Origin: an uncultured Gemmatimonadales bacterium
GTDB taxonomy: Bacteria; Gemmatimonadota; Gemmatimonadetes; Longimicrobiales; RSA9
Assembly: GCA_963798085.1 (NCBI GenBank)
Contig: CAWCRS010000010.1
Span: forward strand, 64,001 to 128,000
Length of the DNA stretch: 64,000 bases
Direction of reading: 5' to 3'
The notes below the pieces were generated by a model that saw nothing but the letters and a program-made list of their open reading frames with translations, was not told the DNA's origin and ran no database searches. The position numbers and the translations under genes were made by a program. Of the stretch, positions 22,245 to 34,181 are shown piece after piece; position 1 is the stretch's first letter, and the number at the start of each line of letters is the position of its first letter.

Positions 22245-22357
22245 CCGACACGTTCCACTCCTCACCGGAGAACATGCCGACCGCCTGGTTGCGCGAAGAC
22301 GCGGGCGGAGGGCGTCCCTTCACGGATCGTGAACAGCCGGCGTCCGCGGCGCGGCGC

Positions 22358-22948
22358 TCAGCGTTGCGACCGCAGCCCGCTCAGATGGCGCGCGAACTGG
22401 AAACGATTCTCCAGCAGGGTGAGGTCGGTGACGAAGCCGGCCGTGCCCGTGGGCGGCGTGTACTGCGCTTCGACCTTGGCGACGATGCTCGTCAGCGCCT
22501 GCGCGGCGCTGGCGGCCTCGACCGCTGCCGCCAGCTCCTCGGGTGTGCTCACCCTCGCCGTGTGCGGTACGCCCGCGCCCGCCGCCATGGCGGCAATGTC
22601 GCTGCCCGTCGAGGTGGCCGTGGGGAACCCACCGACGCTCAGCAGGCTCTCGTTGTCGAACACGATGTGCAGCAGATTGCGCGGGCGGTAGCGCGCCAGC
22701 GTGGTGAGCCCGCCGAGGTTCATGAGCACACTCCCATCGCCATCCAGCACGATGACCGGCAGCTCCGGCCGGCACAACGCGATCCCCAGCCCCAGCGACA
22801 ATGCCAACCCCATCGCGTGCTGCAGGTAGAAGAAATTCGGCCGATGCCCCAGCGACTGCAGCTCCGCCGCCACCGCTCCCATGATGGTGACCACAATGCT
22901 GCGTTCCAGCCGGGGATAGATGGCTTGTAGCCCTTCCAGGCGTTTCAT
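22358..22948 (-). CDS. ThDP-dependent decarboxylase beta subunit (ComE/sulfopyruvate decarboxylase-like)
   Basis: ThDP motif DGDGSVLMN...VFDNES; NFFYLQHAMGLA. Confidence 0.85.
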   Translation of the reverse strand: MKRLEGLQAIYPRLERSIVVTIMGAVAAELQSLGHRPNFFYLQHAMGLALSLGLGIALCRPELPVIVLDGDGSVLMNLGGLTTLARYRPRNLLHIVFDNESLLSVGGFPTATSTGSDIAAMAAGAGVPHTARVSTPEELAAAVEAASAAQALTSIVAKVEAQYTPPTGTAGFVTDLTLLENRFQFARHLSGLRSQR

Positions 22949-22987
22949 CGGGGTTTCAGCACGGTTGGTGTCGAGCAGGGTCCGGAC

Positions 22988-23410
22988 GGCGTAGCTGGGG
23001 CTCGGGCTGGTTGCTCGGGAACGGATGGATCGGATGGCGTTGCCGGGGCTGAACGCCGGGGCTGGTTGCTGGTACAACGGGCAACGGACGACAGGCGTTG
23101 CCGGGGCTGGTCGCTGGCGCTGGTTGCCCGGGAACCGACCTGGCAAGTGCGAGTGACGTGATTCTCCATCGCCAACCCTGGCCGCCCGCTGCCGCACCCG
23201 GCTGGTAACCAGGCGTTAGAAAAGCTCATGGCCCTCACTCCCATTGGCCGATCCCCCTCCGCAAGCAACGCCGACCGTTCGCTCATCTGTTCCCCAGCCC
23301 ACCCGGAAACGCCTTCCAATCCCCTGCGCTGTCCCCAGCAACCAGCCCCAGCAACGCATTCGATCTGTTGCCCGCCCGAGCCCGAACCCGAGCCCCAGCC
23401 ACAGCCCCAG
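22988..23410. repeat. Intergenic palindromic repeat cluster B
   Basis: Three forward units (ggcgttgccggggctggttgc...aacgg-like) at ~22988, 23036 and 23094; degenerate reverse copies at ~23290-23410. Confidence 0.75.
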
Positions 23411-23416
23411 AATCCG

Positions 23417-23929
23417 TTAGTCCTCCCACATGAGATCGCGGCAGAGCAACAGCGCGACGGGGCGCAGTGCGGCGTACGCGAGCGTGATGCCCTTGCGGAT
23501 GCGGTGCTCGACGTGGTCGCGGTTGTCCAGGAGTGAATACGGGATGCGCAGGGCTTCGAGCACATGCTCGGTAACACCGCCGCCTTCCGTCTGCCACGGG
23601 TCGCGCTCGCCGAATTCGCCGCGATGGCTGATCAGCAGGAGCAGCGGGATGCGATAGAGCTGCGCGCCCGACACGATGCCGTTCACCGAGGCGAGGAAGC
23701 CGTGGTTCTGCATGAGCATGGCGGAGCGCACACCCGCCAGGTGCGCGCCCATCGAGATGCCAACGCCTTCCTCTTCCTTCGCCAGGCGCACGAGGATCAT
23801 GTCCGGATCCTCTTCCGCCATGCGGATGAGATGCACCAGCCAGGTCTCCGGCAGTGCGGACGTCAACCGCACACCGCAGGCCTTCAGCGCGTCATACACG
23901 ATGCGTGAGCTGTCGACGGAGACCGGCAT
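23417..23929 (-). CDS. ThDP-dependent decarboxylase alpha subunit (ComD-like)
   Basis: LAKEEEGVGISMGAHLAG, LMQNHG, IPLLLLISHRGEFGE. Confidence 0.85.
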   Translation of the reverse strand: MPVSVDSSRIVYDALKACGVRLTSALPETWLVHLIRMAEEDPDMILVRLAKEEEGVGISMGAHLAGVRSAMLMQNHGFLASVNGIVSGAQLYRIPLLLLISHRGEFGERDPWQTEGGGVTEHVLEALRIPYSLLDNRDHVEHRIRKGITLAYAALRPVALLLCRDLMWED

Positions 23930-24000
23930 CTCTTTATGGCGCCTTTCTGCGAATGCGAGCATCCTAGCGTCGCGGCGCCTGGAAGTGCAACCGCGGGGCA

Positions 24001-24525
24001 GATCGGACTGCGTTGCCGGGGCTGGTTGCTGGGGCTCGTTGCTGGGGAACGGCATCAACGGATCTGAACTGCGTTGCCGGGGCTGGTTGCTCGGGCTGGT
24101 TGCTGGGGAACGGCCGGCACGGATTGGCACTGCGCCTACTTGGGCTGGTTGCTGGAAACCGCAGAAACGGAATGAACGGCGGTTGCTTGCGCTGGTTGCT
24201 GGAAACGGCAGAAACGGAATGAGCGGCGTTGCTTGCGCTGGTTGCCGGGAATGGCAAACAAGGAGTGAATCGCGCTTGCCGCGCGGCCCGTGCCCGGAGC
24301 GTCGGACAAGGGACTTGAACAGGCTGTTAGCGATGCAGTGTGCGCCGGCATCGTTGTCGTTTGCACGTGCGCCGTTCCCCGGCAACCAGCCCGAGCCCCA
24401 GCCCCGGCAACGTCGTTCAATTCCGTTCCGGCCGTTCCCCAGCAACCAGTCCGAGCAACCAGCCCCAGCAACGCAGTTCAGATCCGTTGATGCCGTTCCC
24501 CAGCAACCAGCCCCGGCAACGCCGT
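24001..24525. repeat. Intergenic palindromic repeat cluster C
   Basis: Five forward ~45-60 bp units (24001-24260) and three reverse units (24371-24525); perfect 40-bp inverted match 24038-24077 vs 24468-24507. Confidence 0.88.
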
Positions 24526-24601
24526 ATCAACCCCCTTTCCGGCGCGACCTGAATCCGTCAAGCTGAAGCCTTCCATCGGCGCACTGGAGAAAAGAGGGGA
24601 C

Positions 24602-27034
24602 TTGAGAGTTGCGATCATCGGCGGTGGGCCGGCGGGGCTCTACCTGGCGCTGCTGCTGAAGCAGGCAGACGCGGCGCACGAGATCACCGTGCTGGAGCGG
24701 AATCGCGCGGATGACACGTTCGGCTGGGGCGTCGTCTTCTCGGACCAGACGCTGGACAACCTGCGGCGAGCCGATGCGGAGACCTATCGCGAGATAACCC
24801 GACATTTCGCGCACTGGGACGACATCGACATCCACGTGCGCGGCCGCACCATCACGTCCAGCGGCCACGGCTTCAGCGGCATCGCCCGCAAGCGGCTGCT
24901 GCACATCCTGCAGGAGCGCGCGCGTGCGCTGGGCGTGCGCCTGCGCTTCCGGTGCGACGTGGGGGACGAATCGCAGCTCGCGGAACTGGGCATCGTCGCC
25001 CCCGACCTGATCGTGGCCGCGGACGGCGCCAACAGCCAGGTGCGCCGCCGGCACGCCGCGCAATTCCAGACCACGGTCGACGTGCGCACGCAGGCGCACT
25101 ACGTCTGGCTGGGCACGCGGCTGCGCTTCGATGCCTTCACCTTCATCTTCGTCGAAAACGAGCATGGCGTGTTCCAGATGCATGGCTACCGCTTCGACGA
25201 CGACTGGTCCACGTTCATTGTCGAGTGTGACGATGCGTCCTGGCGCGCCGCCGGCTTCGATCGCATGGACGCGCACCAGACCGTGGGCGCCTGTGAAGTC
25301 CTGTTCGCGCGCTGGCTGCACGGCCATCCGCTGGAGAGCAACGCGACCCACCAGTCCGCCTCGCCCTGGCTGAGCTTTCCGCGCGTCACGAACGAGCACT
25401 GGTTCCATGGGCGCAACGTGCTCGTGGGCGATGCCGCGCACACCGCGCACTTCTCCATTGGTTCCGGCACCAAGCTCGCGCTCGAGGACGCCATTGTTCT
25501 CGCCCGCGAGCTGCAGGGCGTCAACGATGCGCGCGATAATGGCGCCGTGCAGGCCGCATTGCAGCGCTATCAGGACCAGCGCCGCACGGAGGCCCTGCGC
25601 CTGCAGAATGCCGCGCGCAATTCCATGGAGTGGTTCGAGAATGTGAAGCGCTACATCAACCTCGATCCCGAGCAGTTCGCCTATTCCCTGCTCACGCGCT
25701 CACAGCGCGTGAGCCACGAGAATCTCCGCCTGCGCGACCGGGAATACCTCGAAGGCGTGGAGCGCTGGTTCGCCAGCCAGGCCACCCGCCAGGCAAACGC
25801 CGCGTTAGAAGCGACTTCTGCATCCCGTCTGCATGCAGGCGATGCAGCCGACACGTCGGGGCACACCCCCGTCCCCAGCCCCAGCCCTCCCCCTCCCATG
25901 TTCACGCCGTTCCGCCTGCGCGGGCTCCTGCTGGACAACCGCGTCGTCGTTTCGCCGATGGATATGTACAGCGCGGAAGACGGCATGCCCAACGATTTCC
26001 ACCTCGTGCACCTGGGCAGCCTCGCGCTGGGCGGCGCGGCACTGCTGTTCACCGAGATGACGTGCGTCTCGCGCGAAGGTCGTATTTCACCGGGCTGCAC
26101 GGGCATGTACCTGCCGCAGCACGCAGGCGAGTGGACGCGCATCGTCGACTTCGTGCATCGCTGGTCGCCTGCGAAGCTCGCATTGCAGCTGGGACACTCC
26201 GGACGCAAAGGCTCGACGCAGCTGATGTGGGAAGCGATGGATGAGCCGCTGCCTGACGGCAACTGGGAGACCCTCGCCCCCTCGCCCATTCCCTGGACCG
26301 AGCGCAACGCCATCCCGCGCGTCATGCACCGCGCCGACATGGAACGCGTAACAGCGGAGTTCGTGCGCGCCGCGGAAATGGGCGCCGGCTGCGGCTTCGA
26401 CATGCTCGAGTTGCACTGCGCGCACGGCTACCTGCTTTCCAGCTTCCTCACGCCAGTGAGCAACCAGCGCACTGATGCGTACGGCGGCTCGCTGGAAAAC
26501 CGGCTGCGCTACCCGCTCGAGGTGCTGCGCGCACTGCGCGCGAGCTGGCCTGCCAGCCTGCCGATCTCCGTGCGCATCTCGGCCACGGACTGGCTGGACG
26601 GCGGCATCACCGGCGATGATGCGGTAGCCATGGCCAGGGCGTTCGGGCGGGCGGGCGCGGACATCATTCACGTGTCGACGGGCCAGACATCGCCTTTGTC
26701 GCGACCGGTGTACGGGCGCATGTTCCAGACGCCGTACAGCGATCGCATCCGCAACGAGACGGGCCTGCCGACCATTGCGGTGGGCAACATCACGGAGCCG
26801 GACCAGATCAATGCGATCGTGGCGGCGGGACGTGCCGACCTGTGCGCCCTGGCGCGGCCGCATCTGGCCGACCCGCACTGGACGCAACGCGCGGCGGCGG
26901 AGCTGGGCTGGACCGGGCAGTGGTGGCCATCGCCGTATCTGACCGGCAAGCGGCAGCTCGAGCGGCTGATTGCGCGCCGCCGGGAAATGGAGCAGGCCGA
27001 GCGCAGCGCCGCCGGCGAGGAGGAACGGGAATGA
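24602..27034 (+). CDS. abmA: Anthraniloyl-CoA monooxygenase/reductase (salicylyl-CoA 5-hydroxylase family; FAD monooxygenase + OYE domain)
   Basis: [38 protein letters not shown]-terminal [15 protein letters not shown] domain. Confidence 0.9.
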   Translation: MRVAIIGGGPAGLYLALLLKQADAAHEITVLERNRADDTFGWGVVFSDQTLDNLRRADAETYREITRHFAHWDDIDIHVRGRTITSSGHGFSGIARKRLLHILQERARALGVRLRFRCDVGDESQLAELGIVAPDLIVAADGANSQVRRRHAAQFQTTVDVRTQAHYVWLGTRLRFDAFTFIFVENEHGVFQMHGYRFDDDWSTFIVECDDASWRAAGFDRMDAHQTVGACEVLFARWLHGHPLESNATHQSASPWLSFPRVTNEHWFHGRNVLVGDAAHTAHFSIGSGTKLALEDAIVLARELQGVNDARDNGAVQAALQRYQDQRRTEALRLQNAARNSMEWFENVKRYINLDPEQFAYSLLTRSQRVSHENLRLRDREYLEGVERWFASQATRQANAALEATSASRLHAGDAADTSGHTPVPSPSPPPPMFTPFRLRGLLLDNRVVVSPMDMYSAEDGMPNDFHLVHLGSLALGGAALLFTEMTCVSREGRISPGCTGMYLPQHAGEWTRIVDFVHRWSPAKLALQLGHSGRKGSTQLMWEAMDEPLPDGNWETLAPSPIPWTERNAIPRVMHRADMERVTAEFVRAAEMGAGCGFDMLELHCAHGYLLSSFLTPVSNQRTDAYGGSLENRLRYPLEVLRALRASWPASLPISVRISATDWLDGGITGDDAVAMARAFGRAGADIIHVSTGQTSPLSRPVYGRMFQTPYSDRIRNETGLPTIAVGNITEPDQINAIVAAGRADLCALARPHLADPHWTQRAAAELGWTGQWWPSPYLTGKRQLERLIARRREMEQAERSAAGEEERE

Positions 27035-27849
27035 ACACGGTGTTAGAGGGAAGCGGCGCCGGGCTGCCCGCTGGCCGCTTTCTCCTGGGCCGGCACGCGC
27101 TGGTCACGGGCGGCGGTCGCGGCATCGGCGCCGCCATTGCGCACGCGCTCGCGCGCGCCGGTGCGGACATCAGTCTGCTGGGCCGGAGCGAGCCCGACCT
27201 GCAGGCGGAGGCGTCCCGCCTGGCGGCGCAGCACGGCGTGAACACGGCGGCACTGCGCGCCGATGTGACTGCAGACGACAATGTCCGGTCCGCGTTCGCG
27301 GCCGCCGCGCAGCGTTTCGGCCCCGTCCAGGTTCTGGTGAACAACGCGGGTCAGGCGGAGGGCGCCCCGCTGACGCAGACGACGCGCGAGCTTTGGGACC
27401 GCATGCTGGCTGTCAATCTCACGGCCGCGTTCACGTGCGCGAAGCTGGTTCTGCCGGGCATGCTGGCGGCGGGTAGCGGCCGCATCGTGAATGTCGGCTC
27501 GACGGCGGGATTGCGCGGCGTGGCGCGCATTGCGGCGTACTCGGCCGCCAAGCACGGGCTGGTAGGCTTGACGCGCTCGCTGGCGCTGGAAGTGGCCAAA
27601 CAGGGCGTTACGGTGAACGTGGTGTGTCCGGGCTACGTGGACACCGCCATGGCGCAGCGCGCGGTGAACGCGGTAATGACCGGAACCGGCCGTTCCGCGG
27701 AGGAAGCGACGCAGCTCGTCACGCGGCCCAGCGCATTCAACCGGCTGCTCGCGCCGGAAGAGGTGGCGGGCGTCGTCGCCTGGCTCTGTTCCCCCAATGC
27801 GGCGACCGTGACCGGACAGGCCATCGTCATTGGTGGCGACGTGGTCTGA
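27031..27849 (+). CDS. SDR family oxidoreductase
   Basis: [21 protein letters not shown] overlap with abmA. Confidence 0.92.
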   Translation: MNTVLEGSGAGLPAGRFLLGRHALVTGGGRGIGAAIAHALARAGADISLLGRSEPDLQAEASRLAAQHGVNTAALRADVTADDNVRSAFAAAAQRFGPVQVLVNNAGQAEGAPLTQTTRELWDRMLAVNLTAAFTCAKLVLPGMLAAGSGRIVNVGSTAGLRGVARIAAYSAAKHGLVGLTRSLALEVAKQGVTVNVVCPGYVDTAMAQRAVNAVMTGTGRSAEEATQLVTRPSAFNRLLAPEEVAGVVAWLCSPNAATVTGQAIVIGGDVV

Positions 27850-29391
27850 TCAGCGGCCCGCCGGCTCCTCATCGAAAGCCGCATCGAACTCGTCCACCCA
27901 GGCCGTGGCGGTGCCGCCCGGCAGGCGGGGCTTCCCCTTCAGCTCCGAGTCGAAGCTGGCCAGTGCGCGCCGCGAATCCTCTGCCGCCGTGTCGCCGGTA
28001 TCATAGACAATGGCGCCCACCTGCTGCTGCTCGAGACGCAGTCTGGCGCGCATCTCATCCGCTGCCGCGAGCGCGGCGCGCAGCTGGGGAAAGCGATAAC
28101 GCAGCGTACCATCGTCCTCCGCCTCGACGCCGGCATCGAACTCCACGGCCAGCCGCTGCAGCTCCTCATTAACTGTCTGTTCCGTGAGGTTCGGATCTTC
28201 CAGCGCCTTGCGCGCCCATGCGGTGGCGCCCGCCACACTGGTGGCATGGCCTTCGATGCCCGCTTCCGAGATCACGCCCAGCAGCACCTTGCGCAGGTTC
28301 TCGCGCGAACGCGCGGCATTGGCGCGGCGCAGTGCGGCCCGCCGGAACAGTGGAACGGCGAAGAAGATGGCGCTGAACGTGAGCGGCACCCACACGAGGA
28401 ATCCCCATGCCAGCGGACCCTCCAGGCCCAGCCGCGGGAAGATGAACAACGGCGAGGTCGCCGCGGCGACGAGATTGAAGCCGTTCAGCCCGGCTATGAG
28501 CGCATCGGTTGCCGCCTTGTTGCCGGTGGCGGCCCGGGCACGCTCGAGTCGACGCCAGGCAGGCTCTGCCGGACGCGCGTGCACGCGCCCGTGCGCGCTC
28601 AGCAGCAGTTCCGGGAACACATAGGCCAGCTCGCCCTTCTCCGAGACGCGCACATCCCCATTGAACGCGCTCACCAGCCTGGCCATTTCTTCCGCGGCCT
28701 GTGCGCTGGTCATGCCCGTGTGCTGCACCAGCTCCGTCGTGGTGATCACGCCGCGGCGGCTGCGAATCATCTCGACCAGCGCGCGGTCGCGCGCCGCCGG
28801 TGTGACGTGCGGCTCATCCGGACCGAACACGAAGGCAAACACCTTCTTGTAGAACGGCACTTTCGTGCCTCGCCGCTGCTCGTGGCGGTATCCGTAGTAG
28901 GGCCGCCCATAGCGCCAGTCGCGTGTCCAGAACAGATACCAGATCCAGAACGTGGGAATGCGCATGCCGCGGCTGCTGCGCCGGTTGCCGCCGCCCTGGC
29001 GGTTGCCGTTGCCGGAGAGCACGGCCATCATGGCAGCGACGAGCAGCGCCACGAAGACCACGAAGTAGACGACGAGCATCACGACGATCCACGCCTTGAA
29101 CGCGCCCGTGAGGAATCGCTTCGCGCCTCGCTTGAAGCGCGACCACCACGATTCCCGGTCGCGCCGCATCAGCTTCGGTTCGAATTCGTAGACCAGGTCG
29201 CCCTTGTCGCTTACTGCGAGGTGGCCGCGGTAAGTGCCCAGCAGCTCGCGCAACGTCTGCTCGGTCTGCTCGCGCGGCAGACCCGTTTCGGCGACGACAT
29301 CGCCCACGGTCGCGCGTCCGCGCAGATTGCGCAGCGCACGCAGCACCGGTGTCTCTTCCAGGACGTCGGGTCGTTCGACTACGGTTTCCAT
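27850..29391 (-). CDS. Conserved membrane protein with three winged-helix-like repeats (At5g03900/cyanobacterial-like)
   Basis: Repeated unit ending GHLAVSDKGDLVYEF, GDVRVSEKGELAYVFP, AGVEAEDDGTLRYRFP; TM segments between units. Confidence 0.7.
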   Translation of the reverse strand: METVVERPDVLEETPVLRALRNLRGRATVGDVVAETGLPREQTEQTLRELLGTYRGHLAVSDKGDLVYEFEPKLMRRDRESWWSRFKRGAKRFLTGAFKAWIVVMLVVYFVVFVALLVAAMMAVLSGNGNRQGGGNRRSSRGMRIPTFWIWYLFWTRDWRYGRPYYGYRHEQRRGTKVPFYKKVFAFVFGPDEPHVTPAARDRALVEMIRSRRGVITTTELVQHTGMTSAQAAEEMARLVSAFNGDVRVSEKGELAYVFPELLLSAHGRVHARPAEPAWRRLERARAATGNKAATDALIAGLNGFNLVAAATSPLFIFPRLGLEGPLAWGFLVWVPLTFSAIFFAVPLFRRAALRRANAARSRENLRKVLLGVISEAGIEGHATSVAGATAWARKALEDPNLTEQTVNEELQRLAVEFDAGVEAEDDGTLRYRFPQLRAALAAADEMRARLRLEQQQVGAIVYDTGDTAAEDSRRALASFDSELKGKPRLPGGTATAWVDEFDAAFDEEPAGR

Positions 29392-29657
29392 CCGCTCACT
29401 CCGTGCTCCTCGAGTGCAGTGTCGTACCGCGTGCTTTTTTCTCTGGCGGCCGAGCGACACAGCCCTGTTCCATACGTCCGGATACCCCGAATGGTTCGCG
29501 CGGCGCGTGAATCCGGGCGGATTCGATCACGGTTCCGCGACGCTGCAGCCCCCGCGACTTGACCCCGGCCCCGGCTTGCGGCACTCTGCACGCCTCTCGC
29601 GCGCCGCGTCGGGGAGAGCGCCCCGCCCGGTGCACCACCGTCCGGAGATAACGCGTC

Positions 29658-30552
29658 ATGAGCCTGGAACTCCGCATCGAGGGCCTTTCCAAGACATACC
29701 CCGGTGGCGCGCGTGCGCTCACCGATGTCTCGCTGGAAGTGCCCACCGGCATGTTCGGCCTGCTCGGCCCCAATGGCGCCGGCAAGTCCACGCTCATGCG
29801 CACCATTGCCACATTGCAGGAGCCCGATGCGGGGCGCATCACACTCGACGGCCTCGACGTGCTGCGGCAGAAGGATGAGGTGCGTCGCATGCTCGGCTAC
29901 CTGCCGCAGGAGTTCGGTGTCTACCCGCGTGTTTCCGGCGAGGAGATGCTCGACCACATCGCGGTGCTCAAGGGTCTGGCCGACCGGCGGCAGCGCCGCG
30001 ACGTCGTGCAGCACCTGCTGCGCCAGACGAACCTCTGGGAGGCGAGGCGCAAGAAGCTGGGCACGTACTCGGGCGGCATGAAGCAGCGTTTCGGCATCGC
30101 GCAGGCGCTCCTGGGCGATCCCCGGCTGATCATCGCCGACGAGCCCACCGCCGGCCTCGATCCCGCGGAACGCAATCGCTTCCTCAATCTTCTGAGCGAG
30201 ATCGGTGAGAACATCATTGTCATTCTTTCCACCCACATTGTGGCCAATGTGACGGACCTGTGCAGCCGCATGGCGATTCTCTCGCACGGGCGGGTGCTGC
30301 TCAGCGGCAGTCCGACGGATGCGATCGAATGCGCTGCGCGGGCGAGTGTGGCAACGGGTGGTGCCGCGCGAGCAGCTGGCCCGGTATCAGGCGGAGCTCG
30401 ACGTCATCTCGACACACCTGCTGGCGGGCCGACAGGTGATTCACGTGCTCGCCGACGCACAGCCGGATGATGGCTTCGAGCCGGTCACGCCGGATCTCGA
30501 GGATGTGTACTTCTCCACCCTGGGCGCCGCCGACCGGCGCCTGGCGGCGTGA
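29658..30552 (+). CDS. ABC transporter ATP-binding protein (frameshift near 30328)
   Basis: GPNGAGKST, YSGGMKQR, IADEPT, STH; C-terminus LRGRVW...PDLEDVYF in the next frame. Confidence 0.9.
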
Positions 30553-30559
30553 GGCCGTC

Positions 30560-33500
30560 GTGTTCCGCAACATCTTCGGCTTCGAGCTGCGCTACCACAC
30601 GCGCTCCGCACTGTTCTGGCTGGGCTCGCTGCTCTTCTTCCTCATCATCTTCGGTGCCGTAACCAGCGATTTCGTGCAGGTGGGCGGGGCCATTGGCAAC
30701 GTCAACCGCAACTCGCCCTACGTGATCCTGCTGTTCATGGCGTTCGCCAGTGTGGCCAGCGTATTCGTGACCACAGCCTTCGTGGCCGGCGCGGTACTGC
30801 GCGACGAGGAGTTCCGCACGCAGGAGATCCTGTACGCCACGCGTGTCACCCGCATCGCCTACGTGTTCGGGCGATTCACGGGCGCCTACAGCGCGGCGCT
30901 GCTCATGGCCGCCGCGGTGATTCCCGCGATCGTGATCGGCAGTCTGATGCCGTGGCTCGAGCCGGAGCGCGTGGGCCCGTTCCTGTGGCAGCCCTACGTC
31001 TGGGGCATGCTGGTGATGGTCGTGCCTAACATGCTGCTCATGAGCGCGCTGTTCTTCGGCCTGGCCACGCTCACGCGCAGCCTGATGTACACGTACGTGG
31101 GGCTGGTGGGCCTCTTCGTCGGCTACGGCCTGGCCGGCAGCTTCGTGCGCAACCTCGACAAGCAGGGCATCGCCACACTGCTGGACCCGTTCGGCGGTGC
31201 ATCGCTCGGCCTGGTCACCAAGTACTGGACCACGGTCGAGCGCAACACGCTGGTGCCGCCCCTGTCCGGCGCCATCCTGTATAACCGGCTGCTCTGGCTG
31301 GGCGTGTCGCTCGCCATCCTGGCGCTCACGTACAACCGCTTCTCGTTCTCGGTGTCCCGCGCGCGGCACAGCAGGCGGTCGCCCGAAGCCGCCGGGCAGG
31401 CGGTGCTGCCCATTGTCGCACCGGTGCGGCCGGCGGCGGCGCCGGCCACGGCAGCGAGGTCCTTCGCCGGCGCTGCGCGCCGGCGCGCATTCCTGCATCT
31501 CACGCTCATGGAGACCCGGCGCGTCGTGCGCAGCCTGCCGTTCCTGATCATCCTCGCCTTCGGCGTGCTCAACGTGCTGGGCTCGGCATCAGCGCTGGAT
31601 GAGCAGCGCGGTACGCCCATCTATCCGGTGACGCACGTAATGCTCGACGCGAACGCCTCTGCTTTCCTGTTTTTTGTATTCATCATCCTCGTGCTCTATG
31701 CGGGCGAGCTGGTCTGGCGCGATCGCGGCAGCAACACCGCCGATGTGATCGATGCCCTGCCCATCTCGAACCTGCTGTTATGGAGCTCCAGGCTGGTCGC
31801 CCTGCTGAGCGTCGTCGTGCTGGTGCTCTGCATCGGCATTGCGGCGGGCATCGGCTTCCAGGCCTGGCATGGCTATACCCACTTCGAGCTGCCACTGTAC
31901 TTCAAGGGCATGTTCCTGGTGAACGGCATCCCGTTCCTGCAGCTCGCCGTCCTCGCCTTCTTCATCCAGGTGGTGACCGGCAACAAATACATGGGCTTCC
32001 TGCTCATGGTGCTGTACTTCATCAGCCTGCCCATCCTCTCGGCGCTGCACTTCGAGCACAACCTGTACCGCTACGCCAACACACCGAGCGACACGTACTC
32101 CGACATGAACGGCTACGGCCACTTCGTGGCGCCGCTCCTGTGGTTCTCCGTCTACTGGAGCTTTGCCGCGCTCATCCTCGTGGGACTGTGCCACCTGTTC
32201 TGGGTGCGCGGCCGCGAGACAGCCCTGCGCATGCGCCTGCGTCTCGCGCGACTGCGACTGCGCCCGCGTGTGCTGGCCTATCTGCTGGTTTCGCTGGCGG
32301 GGTTCATGGTCACGGGCGGCTTCATCTACTACAACACCGACATCCTGAACCACTACACGCCTTCCAACGTGCTGCTGGACCGGCAGGCACACTACGAGAA
32401 GGCCTTCAGGCAGTACGAGAAGCTGCCACAGCCGAAGATCGTGTCCGTCTACGCCGACGTGGACATCTATCCGGAGCGGCGCGCCGTGGACATCCGCGGG
32501 CGTTACGTCATGCGCAACAAGACGACACAGCCCATTCAGGCGCTGCATGTCATCGTCAATCCGCGCGTGCAGATCCGCCGCCTGGAAGTGCCCGGCAAGG
32601 TGAGCGAGACCACGGACTCACTGGCAGGCTACCACATCATTACGCTGGCACAGCCACTGCTGCCGGGCGACGACCTCACCGTGCCCTTCGAGCTGAGCCT
32701 CGCCGAGCACGGCTTCGTGAATGGCAACTCCAACACGCAACCTGGTCTACAACGGCACGTTCTTCAACAACTTCGACTATTTCCCGCACATCGGCTACGA
32801 GCACGGACTGGAAATCGGCGACCCCAACGAGCGCCGCCGCCGCGGTCTGCCGCCGCCGGAGCGTATGCCGAAGCTCGAAGACGATTCGGCGCGCATGAAC
32901 AACTACATCACCCGCGAGTCCGACTGGATCGATTTCGAGACCACCGTCAGCACCAGTGCCGATCAGATCGCGCTGGCGCCCGGCTACCTGCAGAAGGAAT
33001 GGGTGGAAAACGGACGGCACTACTTTCACTACAAGATGGACGCACCCATCCTCGGCTTCTTCGCGTACCTGTCCGCGCGCTGGCAGGTCAAACGGGACTC
33101 GTGGAATGGCGTCGCCATCGAGATCTATTACGACGCACACCACGCGTACAACGTGGACCGCATGATCGATGCGGTGAAGAAGTCGCTCGCCTATTACACG
33201 GCCAACTTCGGACCGTACCAGCATCGCCAGGTGCGCATCGTCGAATTCCCGCGCTACGCAAACTTCGCGCAGTCGTTTCCCAACACGATCCCCTACTCCG
33301 AAGGCATCGGCTTCATCGCGAAAATCCAGAAACCCGACGATATCGACTTCGTCTTCTACGTCACGGCCCACGAGGTGGCACACCAGTGGTGGGCGCACCA
33401 GGTGATCGGCGGCAACGTGCAGGGCGCGACCGTCACCTCCGAGACCATGGCGCAGTACTCCGCGCTCATGGTCATGGAGAAGGAGTACGGCCCCGACCTG

Positions 33501-34181
33501 ATGCGCCGCTTCCTGAAATACGAGCTGGATGGCTACCTGCGCGGCCGAGGCGGCGAACGCATCGAGGAGCTGCCGCTGCTGCGCGTCGAGAACCAGCCGT
33601 ACATCCACTACAACAAGGGCAGCCTCATCATGTACGCCCTGCGTGACTACGTCGGCGAAGCCCCGCTGGATCACGCCCTGGCGGAATACATCAAGCGCGT
33701 CCGGTTCCAGCAGCCGCCCTACACCACATCACGGGAGCTGTTCGCCGCCATCCGCGCCGCCGCGCCACAACAGCAGGCGCTGTTCGACGACTTCTTCGAC
33801 CACATCGTGCTCTACGACAACCGCGCCTCCAGCGCCAGCTGGACGCGCCGGCCCGACGGCAGGTATGCCGTGCACCTCACTGTGGGCGCACGCAAATACC
33901 GCGCGTCCGGCCAGGGCGCCGAGACCGAGGCAGCCGTCGACGACTGGATCGACATCGGCGTGTTCGGCGCGAAACAGCCCGGCGGCCCCGACCCCGGCAA
34001 ACCCCTGCTCTTCGAAAAACACCACATTACGGCGAGCAGCACCGTCATCGACGTGATCGTCGACGAGGAGCCGAAACGCGCCGGCATCGACCCGTACAAC
34101 AAGCTCATCGACCGCAATCCGGACAACAACATCACCACTGTCAGCGCTGCAGCCACAGGCACGCCGGCCGCCGGACGGTGA
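30560..34181 (+). CDS. ABC-2 type permease fused to M1-family aminopeptidase (frameshift near 32740)
   Basis: Two multi-TM halves, then FAQSF, HEVAHQWW...SETMAQY zinc motif and HYNKG. Confidence 0.87.

Noticed and set aside
22358..23929. Coenzyme M or phosphonate biosynthesis cluster
   Set aside because: No comABC or pepM genes in the window; the context is aromatic catabolism.
24001..24525. CRISPR array
   Set aside because: Units are degenerate, occur in both orientations, lack unique equal-length spacers, and no cas genes are present.
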